Source: Octopus sinensis (taxonomy: Eukaryota). From it: DNA of 64,000 nucleotides. The position numbers were made by a program, and so were the translations under genes. Shown here in pieces: positions 14,285-25,967 of this stretch (position 1 is its first letter; each line of letters begins with the position of its first letter). Below the pieces are notes generated by a model, which worked only from the letters and a program-made list of their open reading frames with translations, had not been told where the DNA came from and made no database searches. The stretch covers positions 50,840,001 to 50,904,000 of the forward strand of contig NC_043000.1 of the NCBI RefSeq assembly GCF_006345805.1, in the 5' to 3' direction.

Positions 14285-14585
14285 TACTGCAAAGTTAGTG
14301 TTAACCATTTGCTTTACATTCAACTCCGATGCCACTGATGTTCTTCACTCCCAAATTTTAGTCAGTGTTGCTGGGTAATATTAGTATGATGTGAAGTGAT
14401 ATGGCTTCAACTTTATCTCCTATCCTAGAATTTATTTTCTTTTTTGCTGAATACTTCCTTTATGGTGATTTCTTTGCTGACTCTGTAGACTAATTCTTGC
14501 ATAGAAGAGTTGATGACATTGACTGCATGGTAATAGTGGTGGAGGACGAGGTTGATTTTTTGAGCCTTTCTCTTCTGTCATTTTA
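14285..14585 (-). mobile_element. RTE (BovB-like) LINE 3' end
   Basis: Minus frame EEKGSKNQPRPPPLLPCSQCHQLFYARISLQSQQRNH resembles the RTE C-terminal zinc finger (C..C.R.F.ARIGL.SH.R.H); 3' UTR follows. Confidence 0.75.
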
Positions 14586-14692
14586 TTTTATTCATTCTTT
14601 CTTCTAGTGGCTTCAAAGTTTAGTATATTACTATTTTAGTTACAAATGCCTTATCCAAAATTGTAGGATTTAAACAGTCATCTATATTTTAA

Positions 14693-14880
14693 ACCTTTTG
14701 TAACTGTATTTCTGTTGAAATATGTTGTCTTCTCTTCAATTATTTTAAAATAATGAAGAATTTAGTTATATAACTGTCATTAACTGTTGACTGGAACATG
14801 AATCAACATGAAATTTTGGTAAAATGAAGTTTGTATCAAAGAAGCAGGGGACGGTTTCAGACAGGTTGGCATGAAAAGGG
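14693..14880. mobile_element. Second piggyBac-type MITE family (TTAA)
   Basis: TTAA at 14689-14692 and 14881-14884; termini ACCTTTTG and (reverse complement) CCCTTTTC; 188 bp. Confidence 0.65.
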
Positions 14881-17800
14881 TTAATGTTGCTAGGTAGTTC
14901 CCAAAGTGATTTCCTGCTATATTCAGGAGGTAAAGTAACTATATACTATATAGTTAAAAATATTGATTCATTAAAATATTTAGCATATTTATGTCAATCA
15001 GCATTAAATATTGATAGTAATTATGCAGCTTAAATCCAAAATAATTCACTAAATATGTGCAAATTTGATCTATAAAAAAAACACAAAGTTTGGTTATATT
15101 ACACAAGAATCTTTGATTTGGAAGCAATTACTAAAATTCAAGAACTTACAAATGTTTCATTTTTAATAATAAGTTGGAGTGAACACGCTTGAAATTGAAA
15201 GCATAAACCACAATAAATGCGAACATTTATGATGAAAAATAAAAGAATGACCACTGCCATCTGTTCTGTGTTTGTATATCTTGAGCTACTTATCCAAAGT
15301 GTCTTCTATCTTGTAGAAAGGTAGGAAGATTTGAGTGCCATTTCTAGCAAATAGATCAGTCTCATAGAAACTCTTTCATTGGCCTAACAATCTTTTGTTA
15401 GTAATAACATAGCTGAATCATGAGATTTGAAAGTCAGATAAAAGATTTCAAACTTGTACATTGGACATTTACTAATTAAAGTGTGGAAGGATGATAGTTA
15501 GGATTGACCTAAAGGAAAACAATTTATATTATCAGAAGACATGATCAAGACAGAAAGCTGGAAAAAAGCCATTTTTAACTGTTTACTTCATGCCAAAATG
15601 GAAAAGATGATGTTTAAATGTTTAAGATACTGGTGTTTCATAAACAATGATCCAGAAAACAGTATTAACAGAAAGATTTACTTTATAAAATACTGCTCAG
15701 GATATATGTACTTGCAGAACTGAATATAATGATGGTTAAATGATGTTGTCTGTAACATTCCTATTTATGTGAATATTTTGTTGCATTTACCAAACGCACA
15801 TGCCAAGCATATAAACAATATATGAACTCTTCAGATTTAGGATATGGTTTAATATCAAAACTTTGGAAAATCCCCTAAAGCTATATCCATTGTTATCTTA
15901 TTTTATCAAAAACCTATTTTAATCTAATAAAAAAAATATAAATTAAATTAAATTGAGAAGAAAAAAACTCTTAAAGAAAGCTTCTTTCAATCTAATAATA
16001 TCAATGGATGCTATTTCTTATCTTTGTCTCCAACATTGAAATGTAAGCACCAATGGCAATTGGTTTTTCTATATTTTAAGATCTACAGTCAGAGGGAAGG
16101 AAGTACAGATAAACAGTGTTCATAGAAAAACAAAGAAAAGAAATATTTGCACTCATACAAATAGACATTATTCTGAATTGTATTCATTTAATAATAAGAT
16201 AAGAATCTCAGGTAGTTTTTTTTTTAATTTCTAAAACCTAGAATGAATGATAATTTTACAATACATTATCAAAATCTTATAGAAAAGTTAAATATATTAC
16301 TTATTTTATGTTGATGAATGAAAATAAATTATAAGTCTCAAATTTTATACTAAGTAAATTTTTAGCATTGATTTTATTAAATAAAAATTGCATTTGATAA
16401 TTTTAAAAAATGATATTAAATTACAGAAGGCTTAAATATTATTTTCATCATTATCCCTATCAAAACATTTTTCTTATACTTATAGAGTTTAAATAAACTC
16501 TATAAACTCTAAATAGATATTAAATATATAATACTTGCTAAGGAAAAATAAAATATCTGCTTAGTTTTCCTTAGAAACTCAAGGAAAAGAGTATATCAAG
16601 AATGAAAAATGTGCTGAAATGAAATACATGCTTTTTAATCTATCCTACAAATACGCTAAAATACTTAAATGTAGTTTAAAAACTTTTAGGTTACTTAGAT
16701 GCAAAAATGAATAATTTGAATCTGAAAATGGTTACAATTAATAATGTATGTAGTAAAAATATCATTAGTAAAGTAAAAAATATTTTATTTATATTAAATA
16801 ATATAAATTCCAGAAACAGTAATAGATTCTAAAAGCTTGAAGTAGTCTTACATAGCTGGCTTTTGAATGCTATTATATTTAAAAAGTGTTGTAAGCATTT
16901 TAAAATAATATCTTATAGGATTTAATTTTTTAAAAAAGGAAAAAAATAGCTGTTTTAATTTATGAATATTACTTGTTATTTTAAAAAGAAAATGTGTTTT
17001 AACTACACAGACAGAATAAAGTATAGTTATTATGTTTTGGTTTAACACAATTTCTCACACATCCCAATTAATACAACAGTGGAAAGTAGAGTGATATGGT
17101 TCTTAGTAAATTTTCACTTAAAAGAATGGAGCTGGCACTTAGCTGATAAATTCTACTGGATGGTGATTAAATGATAGAAATTAGAGATATTCAAATCTAA
17201 AAAAGAAATTTCAATGGCTTCTGATGGATTTTAATAGAATGTTTATTATTTTTAGGTTACTTTGATTTAATATTTAATTAGAAAATTATTGATTCTCGAG
17301 AAAATCTGACTGTGGAAACTTAAAAGAATGTTTTTCTGAAATGGATTTTAAATCATATTTCTCTGAACAATTATAATATACATGCTGAAATATTATTCTA
17401 ATCAGCTTTTGATATAATATTGATTAAACTTCTGGTTTTAATTAATCATGTTCTGTATGAAGCAAGTCTATTATTTGGTGTCATTTTATTACTATGAAAG
17501 TCTGCTTGCACTTTTAGTTTCCAGTGTATAGAATAACCATTGTATTTTATCAGGGGTAATGAACTGTTCATTGCTTTCTTCTGAAATATTGTAAAACCAC
17601 AAAGGTAAATATTGGGAATAGTTTGTTGATTATGTGGTGTCTTTGATAATAGCTTAGTTCCACAAACTTCATGTCAGAAATTTAAATGCTAAACCCTTGA
17701 TAAGTTTATTATATAGTCAATATAATAAGTGAATTGCCCTTATATTGCAAATTTTAGGTTATGTTCATTGAAAAATGGTTGTCATAAAACAATATGTAGT

Positions 17801-18254
17801 AACAAATAAAAAGTAGTGTTTTTTTTTTCTTTCTTAATTTCATTTTTGACATGTATGATTACTAATTTAGCTATGATAAAATTGACAATTATAGAAAATA
17901 AAAATTATGGTTCTTCTTTCATTCAAACTAGAATTATAATTGAAGATAAAAAGTAAAACGAGTAGTAGAAATTAATAACAATAATGTGATTTTCAGTGGT
18001 TTGATGGATTGCTATAAAGAGAGAATTTGTAATTAATTTTATATGTTATTGCTAATAACAACCATTTCTTATCAGCTGGTAGACGTAAGCCAATTAGTTA
18101 CTAATTTGTGGAAACCTATTTATTTACTTCATAATAAAATAATGTAATGACCTTCAGGATCAGATATGAGAGATTCAGTTACATGGGATTAGACACAATA
18201 TATTTAGTACTGTCTACTGAGAGATAAAATACGTCTCAAATATTTCAAATATTA

Positions 18255-18420
18255 TAAGAAAGCCTGTAGTGAATTGGCAGCAGTTTTACAGCTTTGATAG
18301 AATATCTCATGCAATTTCTTTTAACTGTCTGTACCTGAGTTCAAACCTGACCATGGTTGGTCAAGTTTGCTTTTTATTCCTTTGGAGTTGATAAAAGAGT
18401 ACCAATCTACAGTGGTAGAT
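18255..18420 (+). mobile_element. Decayed tRNA-SINE (28119 family)
   Basis: gaattggcag...ctgagttcaaa...tttgctttttattcctttggagttgataaaagagtacca is collinear with the 28119 copy. Confidence 0.55.
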
Positions 18421-18489
18421 GAGCAGAACTGTTACAGTTTTAGACAAAATGCTTTGCAATATCTGTTCTGGCTTCTTGTATTATAACAA

Positions 18490-19070
18490 CAATGCCTGAA
18501 ATGACGTTTGTTTTTGAAAGTAGTGGTTTTCTGATTGCAGCCCTCCCATGAAATCCAGCTTTGTGCAGCTCCTGGTGAATAGTTGTTGTTGAAATTGAGT
18601 TCTTGAGGTGGTCATTAAGCTCCGCAGTAATTTTGGGAGCTGTACTTTTGTGATCCTTTCTAACAATTCATGTAATAATCCGATGGTCCCTATCTGAAAG
18701 TTTTGGTTTTCTTCCAGAGTTTTGTTTTGATGAAGAGGTTTTTCCATCTTTCTCAAAGGCTGTCATTCTTTTTGAGACAGTACTTCTTGATACATTTCCG
18801 CTGTTTTTGTTACACTAGCACCTGCCATATGAGCACCAATTATTTAACCTCTTTGAGAGTCAGACATATCTGTCATTTTAATGAATTTTAATTGCCTTTT
18901 TCTGATGATATCTGAAATGAAACATCAATTTTAGCAAAACACATTAAGCAACACTAATAATAAATTAAAAAAAACATAAAAATAAACAAGCTTTTGATGG
19001 TTTTATAGATATTTCAAAATTATGATGCTATGATGCTATGTATTTTCATAATTTTGTCCAATTCATAATA
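18490..19070 (-). mobile_element. Tc1-like transposon 5' part (transposase N-terminus and probable TIR)
   Basis: From ATG at 18876: MTDMSDSQRG*IIGAHMAGASVTKTAEM..SRSTVSK...SGRKPKLSDRD.R....VRKDHKSTAPKITAEL...LHKAGFHGRAAIRKPLLSK. A possible TIR remnant (ggacaaaattatgaaaatac) lies near 19040-19060. Confidence 0.9.
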
Positions 19071-20886
19071 TAGGAAAGCCACTGAAAATAAAAGTCCAAG
19101 CACAATTGTTTGTTGTCTAGGAATATTTCAGGGAATGAATATTCTTGATATTCTGAATATTAAAATACTAAAAAAAAGTTAAAATTGCGCTGAGTTAGGA
19201 ACAAGTGTCATTTGCATGGAATGGCTGCTTTGTTGGCTATCATGTTGAATGTATAGAATCTCAACTGCATAATCTCAACCATGTAAACTACAGTTGATAG
19301 CTTAATCAGTTTTCTCTTTAGTCACAGTAAGTTTCTGGGCACATAAGTTGATCACTGTTTAATTGTTGTTGCATTTTTGAAGATATTTATTTCTTTAGGA
19401 ACAGAAATCATAATCGAAGACTTTGTTGTACTGTGTAAATAGCCGGCTTGATTCTTCAAGACATTTTGACTGTCTTCTCCAAAAAATGTAAAATGTTTTT
19501 ACTGGTGATTAAAATCACGAAGCCATACAACTAAAACACTAACATTATCACTGATCTACAGCTCTGGCAAAGAGAGATTTGAAGAAAGATAAATTTAATA
19601 AACATATATTGAACCTTGCTGAGTAAGCAGACCCTTTGGTTAAATCATAGGAGGACTTCCTCTGCAGCACTAACCAAAAATAAGTTCAACTATTTTCAAA
19701 ATGTTATTGCTGCCTTATTGTGAATGTCCACTCTTGTATATTGTACATATGAGTGTGTGTATACATAGTTGTATGTGTATAAACACAGATAACTTGTTTT
19801 GATTTTCGTTTTTGTAAGTCACTTTGTTGATGTGTGTGTGTGAGGTAATTGTTGGCAGTTATGTTGCCTACCCTCAGCAATGTTTATACATGTTGCTTTC
19901 AAGTTGCATATAAATTTGGTAATCATTTCTTAAAAAGAGAGTAAAAAAGCCATATTTTATGAAAAAGTAATAGATATTTGTATTGCTTATGCTTTTTCAA
20001 AGAGCAGTTTTGATATTAGTGAAGATTGATTGCTACTGCTGAGAACTAAAACTTAATTGTAGTATCAACATCCATGGTAAAAAATAATATTAAAAACTTA
20101 ATATGAAAGATTACATTTTAAGAATTAACAACTGTAGTATTATGGTAACATTACTGTTATATATTTCTTTATAGTTTGGCATAAAAATTCATCAATAATT
20201 GTGCCATTTACTTCAGTATATACACTAGCTCCATCAGAGTATAAGTTTTCAATGATAAGATTAGAAACAAATAAAGAAAGATCAGTATTAGAACAAATGA
20301 GAAATTTCCACCTCTTTACTCATCGTTAATCAGGTGTTGAAATGTTAGAAAATCCTTCTTAAAAGTCAGTATTTCTAGTTGTATATTTACAACTAATGAG
20401 ACATTTCAATAGTCATGTTATAGAATCAAAATGAGAAATCAAGGCACCATTTGGAAAAAACAAATTGAAGTTTCTGTCAAACATTATCTCGGTAATGTTT
20501 CAGCCTTGAGTAAACAGCAGTAAAATAACATAAAATGGGTTGTTTTAAGTAGGGATATGTGAATAAGAACTATACTAGCTAAACAAGTTAAGATTTATTG
20601 ATGCTAATTGTAGCTTTACATGACTCCGTAGCTAATGTATCATTTGGATTATATTAGCAGTTTGTATTTGATCTCTGTACAAAAAAAATCACTCTACATA
20701 TTGTTTTTAGAATCAAAGTTGAGAACCAAATTTTCTATATCAACAAGTTCTCTGCTCATTATTATAAATCTGTAATGAGAAAGTAAATGACAAAATGTCA
20801 TTCAGCTGGCAATTTAAAAATCATAGTTGATATTTTATTGTTAAGTATATTCTATGCTAGCTCAAAATTTTATTATTGACTTACAG

Positions 20887-20952
20887 CAACAACTCATGCT
20901 GGGTTTGATAGATTATCTTAAGGAACAAATGGCTGAAGAAAGATACACTGAA
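20887..20952 (+). other. Candidate 66-nt symmetric coding exon
   Basis: tattattgacttacag|QQLMLGLIDYLKEQMAEERYTE|gtaaaa; only one of three frames is open; phase 0-0. Protein not recognised. Confidence 0.3.
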
Positions 20953-21470
20953 GTAAAATAAATGACTCACAGAAGCAAGTACAGTAATTGAGAAAATAAT
21001 TACTACATAGCTGCATCAAACTGATATTAAACAATGTTAGTTATTTAAGTTGCAAGAACATTTCAAATGTTCTTATATTCTGTGTTATTATATATTGGAA
21101 AACAGTGCTTTAGTTTGTGCGTTTCTGAATTATTACTGAATAGTGCTTTAGTTTGTATTATGTATTAGATTTTGAATTATCCAGCTTGGGGTTGAAAAGC
21201 CAGTGTTGTTTGCTTAATATTTAACTAGCATGTCTTCTCTTTACAATAATTTGCAAATTGTGTGATAAGGTACCTCAATGAGTGATATCAAGCCACTCAA
21301 CAAATCAAGATATCAATTTGATGGTATTGCTTGCAATAAATACTGAAATTTCATGATAAGAATTTATGAAGAATGGACTACTAGGGAGAATACATTATAA
21401 ATAAACTGATGGAGTCGAATGTGTGTGTAATTGTTTATGCATATATGTGCATTATGATATATATATATGT

Positions 21471-21506
<36 letters not shown>

Positions 21507-21559
21507 ATATATCACACACACACTCATGTATAGATTGTTTGAAGTGATGTACAGATTTT

Positions 21560-21720
21560 GTATATTAAGAAAAAATAGGTAGTCAGAATTTTGGATAATT
21601 CTTTATTAGTATCTTCATCTTATTCTTGGAAAATCCTCAAATGGAGTCTCCATGGATGAGACGAATGTGATAGTAAAGAATTATCCAAAATTTTGACAAG
21701 CTCCTTTTTCCATATACATA
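21560..21720. mobile_element. Palindromic foldback element between (TA)n tracts
   Basis: gtcagaattttggataattctttattag (left) versus gatagtaaagaattatccaaaattttgac (right); arms extend imperfectly to about 55 bp. Confidence 0.7.
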
Positions 21721-21724
21721 TATA

Positions 21725-22092
21725 TTCTTTTATTTGTTTCAGTCATTTGATTACGGCCATGCTGGAGCACTGCCTTTAGTCAAAACAATCAACCCCCTGG
21801 ACTTAGTATTTTGTAAGCTTAGTACTTACTCTATTGGTTTCTTTTGCTCAACTGCTAAGATACGGGGGCCGTAAACACACAAACATTGGCTGTCAAGCAA
21901 TGGTGGGAGGACAAAGACACACACACACATATATATATATATGATGGGATTCTTTCAGTTTCCATCTACCAAATCCACTCACAAGGCTTTGGTCAGCCCA
22001 AGGCTATAGTAGAAGACACTTGCCCAAGATGCCATGCAGTGGGACTGAACTCGGCACCATGTGGTTGGTAAGCAAGCTTCTTAACACAGCCA
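21725..22092 (-). mobile_element. Abundant octopus tRNA-SINE (probably Deu/Nin-domain type)
   Basis: Near full length: tRNA-like head (reverse complement tggctgtgt-taagaagcttgcttaccaaccacatgg), core aatccactcacaaggctttggtc, internal (CA)/(TA) tract, and tail region ggccatgctggagcactgcc. Confidence 0.85.
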
Positions 22093-22329
22093 GAAAAAAG
22101 ATGATTGCAATGAGGGTTTAAAAAGCCTTTAAGTATATTCTCAGTTGTTGACATTTTGTTTTATTTGGGATTGAATTTGTCCTTAAGATTTACATCATTC
22201 TATTTAAAGAATCAAACACTTGTATAAAGCAGAATCAGCATGTTTTTGTTTTTTCTTTTTATATTCTAATGGTATATAATTCCAATAATGATAAGGTGAT
22301 AAGATGACAGATTTGTTTGCACTCTGGGC

Positions 22330-22522
22330 TAAATGTTTTCTGGCATTTCTTCTGGGCCTTTATGTTTTGAGTTCAGATTCCACAGAGATCAACTTGTCAT
22401 TATTTCATAGTAGATAAATAAGTACAGTTTAGAACTGGGACTGATGTAATTAACTTACTCCTCCTCACCCAAAATTCTAGCCTTGTTCCTCAGTTTGAAA
22501 CCATTATCATTATTATTATTAT
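22330..22522 (+). mobile_element. Decayed tRNA-SINE (28119-like) ending in an (ATT)n tail
   Basis: gttttgagttcagattccacagagatcaacttg...gataaataagtacag...ccttgttcctcagtttgaaaccattatcattattattatt. Confidence 0.6.
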
Positions 22523-22800
22523 TTGATTAAAACACACAGCTTATTTTGCTGAGTATGATGTCCACAGCCATCAGACCAAGGTGACACTTGTGTACTGATA
22601 ATACTTCAAGAACCTTGCGGAAAACTCTTACAGTCCCATGGAATGATGATTTTTGTAGGTTCTATCCCTACAGATGTACGAATCTTTTTTGAGTGATGTT
22701 GGTAGTTGAGTGCTGATACTTCTGAGTGTGCCAGTGACAACTGCTATCACATCCACTCTCTTTATTGTCCACAACCTGCATAATTCCTACTTCAAATCTC
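22505..22800 (-). mobile_element. R4/Dong-clade LINE 3' fragment (C-terminus of REL endonuclease)
   Basis: Minus frames DLK*ELCRLWTIKRVDVIAVVTGTLRSISTQL and LQKSSFHGTVRVFRKVLEV match the R4/Dong motifs 'EI.RLW...V.V.PVV.GALG' and 'LQK..LLGTARILRKVL'; ends in (TAA)n. Confidence 0.75.
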
Positions 22801-24374
22801 CTCCTCCTCCTCCTCATCATCATCATCATCATCATTACCACCACCACCACCACCATCATCATCTACAAAGTATGTATTTCTCTATTCATAAATCCAAATC
22901 TGTATTTTTTCGTGTACTGTAAACTATGTTCTCTATTTTGCTAATTATAATATACAATATTACAAATCCCAAGTTTCTCCAAAATACCATAAAATATATA
23001 TTAAATGTCATCCAGAAATTTTCTGTCAATATATTGTGATTTTAATATAGATTTTAGGCCCTTAAAGCATGCTTCAGGCATTATACTTTTACTCTGTGGC
23101 TAGAAAGGTGATATTTCTCAATTTTGATCATTAGTTCAAAATATTGATAAATTATAAAGACGTTAGTAATGAGACAGACCTCTAGTTGTTTGTAATTGAT
23201 TAGTTTTATATCCATCTTGTTATGCTTACTTACTTGTATTGAATAAGTATTTAGTAATGGTTTTCTATAAAACCATGCAAATATGTATTTGTGTGTATGC
23301 ACACACACCCACATTGATGGCATTATTTCATCACTGATTTTAGGAAGTGTATTTGAATGTAGATTTTAGTTGAATTTACTTCAAATCAATTTATAAGCGT
23401 TACTAAAAAAAAAACAAATCACATTTTTGGATTATTAACCGGCATAACTCACTCATTCATCTTCTTTCACTTTTCAGTATTGTAAATAAAATTATTGTAG
23501 CTTTTCTAAGAAATTGAATTTAGTGTTTAGTGCATGGTTTGTATATTTGAAATTAGTGCCTTATTGCTACTATTACATTGTCTCTTGAATAATGCTCCTA
23601 TTCCAGGTTCACTTTATATGGAGAATTGTATGCAAATGTCGGAATTTGTAGATTTATCAAACCCAAAAAACGTAAAAAAATGTTACAGCTTAAACTGAAA
23701 ATTAGTTATTGCATCTAAGATCCAGGAATAATATTATTATTATCATTGTTGTTGTTGTTGTTGTTATTATCATTGTTTTGAAGCTTAGAAATATTTATTA
23801 GTGAAAAAGAAAGAAAGAATTAGAAACACATCTATCTTGCTTTCAGCAATAACAGCTTCATATTTCATATCATCTGTTAATATTTTCTTCATATATGTTG
23901 GAAAATATCTAATAAAATAGTTTTAGTTACCATCATTGAAATACTGAAGATTCTTTCTCAGAAAGAACTTCCTGGTGAATAATGTATTCACTGTGAAAAG
24001 TAAATCTGATAATAATTAAATTCTTAGGCTACAGAACACATTTATCAATGAGGAAAACGTGAGATATTGTCATTTTAGATTATAGATGGTTACATGAAGT
24101 GCTATATGATGTGGCTAATATAAGTATATAAGTATGCACCCACAAACACACATATTTATATATATTAAGAAACACACACTCACAGATATATATGTATGCA
24201 TATCTAATAATGCTTGTACATGTGTGTGTTGAGGTATATATTTACAAACACTCCTCTCTCTCTATATATATATATATATTTCTGTTACTCAGTTTCTGTT
24301 TTTATATCACTTCTTCTCTTTCTCTCTCTATCACACACATACACAAAGGTATATATATATAAGGATCAAAGATC

Positions 24375-24548
24375 CATCCAGAGCCATAAGCTCATAAGGC
24401 TGGTCTGCTACAGGATTACTCAGGGACCGGGGCTGTGTGAAATGAAGTGTTTTGTTCAAGAACACTACTCACTGCCTGGTCCAAATATTGGAACCACAAT
24501 CTTACAATAATGAGTGCAACACCCTAACCACTAAGTCATACATTTCTA
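24375..24548 (-). mobile_element. tRNA-SINE fragment
   Basis: gaaatgaagtgttttgttcaagaacac...gaaccacaatcttac...gagtgcaacaccctaaccactaag; related to the fragment at 28480-28740. Confidence 0.65.
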
Positions 24549-24845
24549 CATATATGATAATATGTGTGTATACGTATACATAACTAATTATACCATATAT
24601 TGATAAATTTAGAGCAACTTCTCATTTGCTGCTAATTATAAAGTAATATACTTTTCATATTCTTTAAGAAAAAAATTCTACTCATTTATTATTCTGAGGA
24701 GGGTTTCCAAAACTGGTGATTCATGTTCAGCCTAAACATCTGCAATTTAATATTTGCAGAAAAAGCTAAGGTGAAGAGGTTGGCTTTACATTATTTTTGC
24801 ACTTTTATTATGAATTCTGTCGAGGAGGGAGTTCAAATGTATCAC

Positions 24846-24921
24846 CTTATCAGAAACCTCTGCTGGAATACTTAAAGTATTGTCATATACATAATTCAAA
24901 TGTAGAGTTTTATTTTCGGAA
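24846..24921 (-). other. Candidate coding exon on the minus strand
   Basis: Long acceptor tttctatattttctttatttttttaag, frame SENKTLHLNYVYDNTLSIPAEVSDK, donor AAG|gtgata (alternative donor gtaaag at 24789). Confidence 0.25.
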
Positions 24922-25424
24922 CTTAAAAAAATAAAGAAAATATAGAAATGTATAGTTTTTTTGTAAGGAGTAATTACTTTCAATGTGTCAACTTGGATGA
25001 AGGTTGTGTATATACTTTTAATATATATTTCAAATCAACCAAGACTGGCATTAAGTAATTTTGTATTTTCTGCTTTAGGGATTTCATTTGCATCACTTAT
25101 AATTCTGAGTATAATCATACTGAAAGCAATACTGTCTTCTTCTGTCTTGAGTTGCTAATATATGTGAAATGATGAAGTTAAATACATTCATTGTCCTTTA
25201 TAAAAATATGGTTTATTAACGCAACAAAATAGAACCCTTTCACTGGTTGCTAATGGTTTACTAAGTAACATGCTTCACCCACTAGCTCACAGACCAGTGG
25301 TTTGTCTCTCTGTTTCCTGTGCCAAATGAGCATTGGGGTTGATGTAATTGACTAGATTCCTCCTCCAGAATTTCAGACCTTGTACCTATAATACCAAGCA
25401 GAAAGAATTACTATTATTATTATT

Positions 25425-25660
25425 AGAGTAGTGGATATCTAGAATTGTTAGATCATCAGAAAGAAATGCTCTGTGGTATCTCATCTGGCTCTTTACAATC
25501 TTAGTTCAAACCTCACTGAGGCCAACTTTGCCTTCCTTTCATCCCCTCTGAGGTCAATTAAATAAAGTACCAGTCAAGTACTTGGATCAATAGTGTTAAC
25601 TGTTCTGACTCCCCTCAAGATTGTTGGGTTTATGTATGCCTAAATTAGAAACATTGTTGC
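25425..25660 (+). mobile_element. Decayed tRNA-SINE (28119 family)
   Basis: ttagttcaaacctcactgaggccaactttgccttcctttcatcc...aaataaagtaccagtcaagtac is collinear with the 28119 copy. Confidence 0.6.
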
Positions 25661-25913
25661 TGTTTTTTGTTGTTTTTACTGCTGTTGTTGTTGACAAAAT
25701 GATTAGCAGAGTATGTAGTACAAAACTGCAGCTCTTGAATATTCTGTTTATATGCTATCATCTTTATTTTCACCAGATTTATAAATCATCACCCCTATCA
25801 TTACACAGTTCATAATGGTTATTATAAGTATTATGTTATTTTGCAACATTTCCATCAACATTGTTGACAATGCATTCTTGATGATTTAATAATATCAATA
25901 ATACATCTAGATA

Positions 25914-25967
<54 letters not shown>

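Noticed and set aside
19322-19326. ttttctctttag|TCACA|gtaagt, a 5-nt microexon-like juxtaposition (and a 6-nt one near 134-139)
   Set aside because: The 5-nt one is not frame-preserving, the 6-nt one has a weak pyrimidine tract, and both fall within chance expectation.
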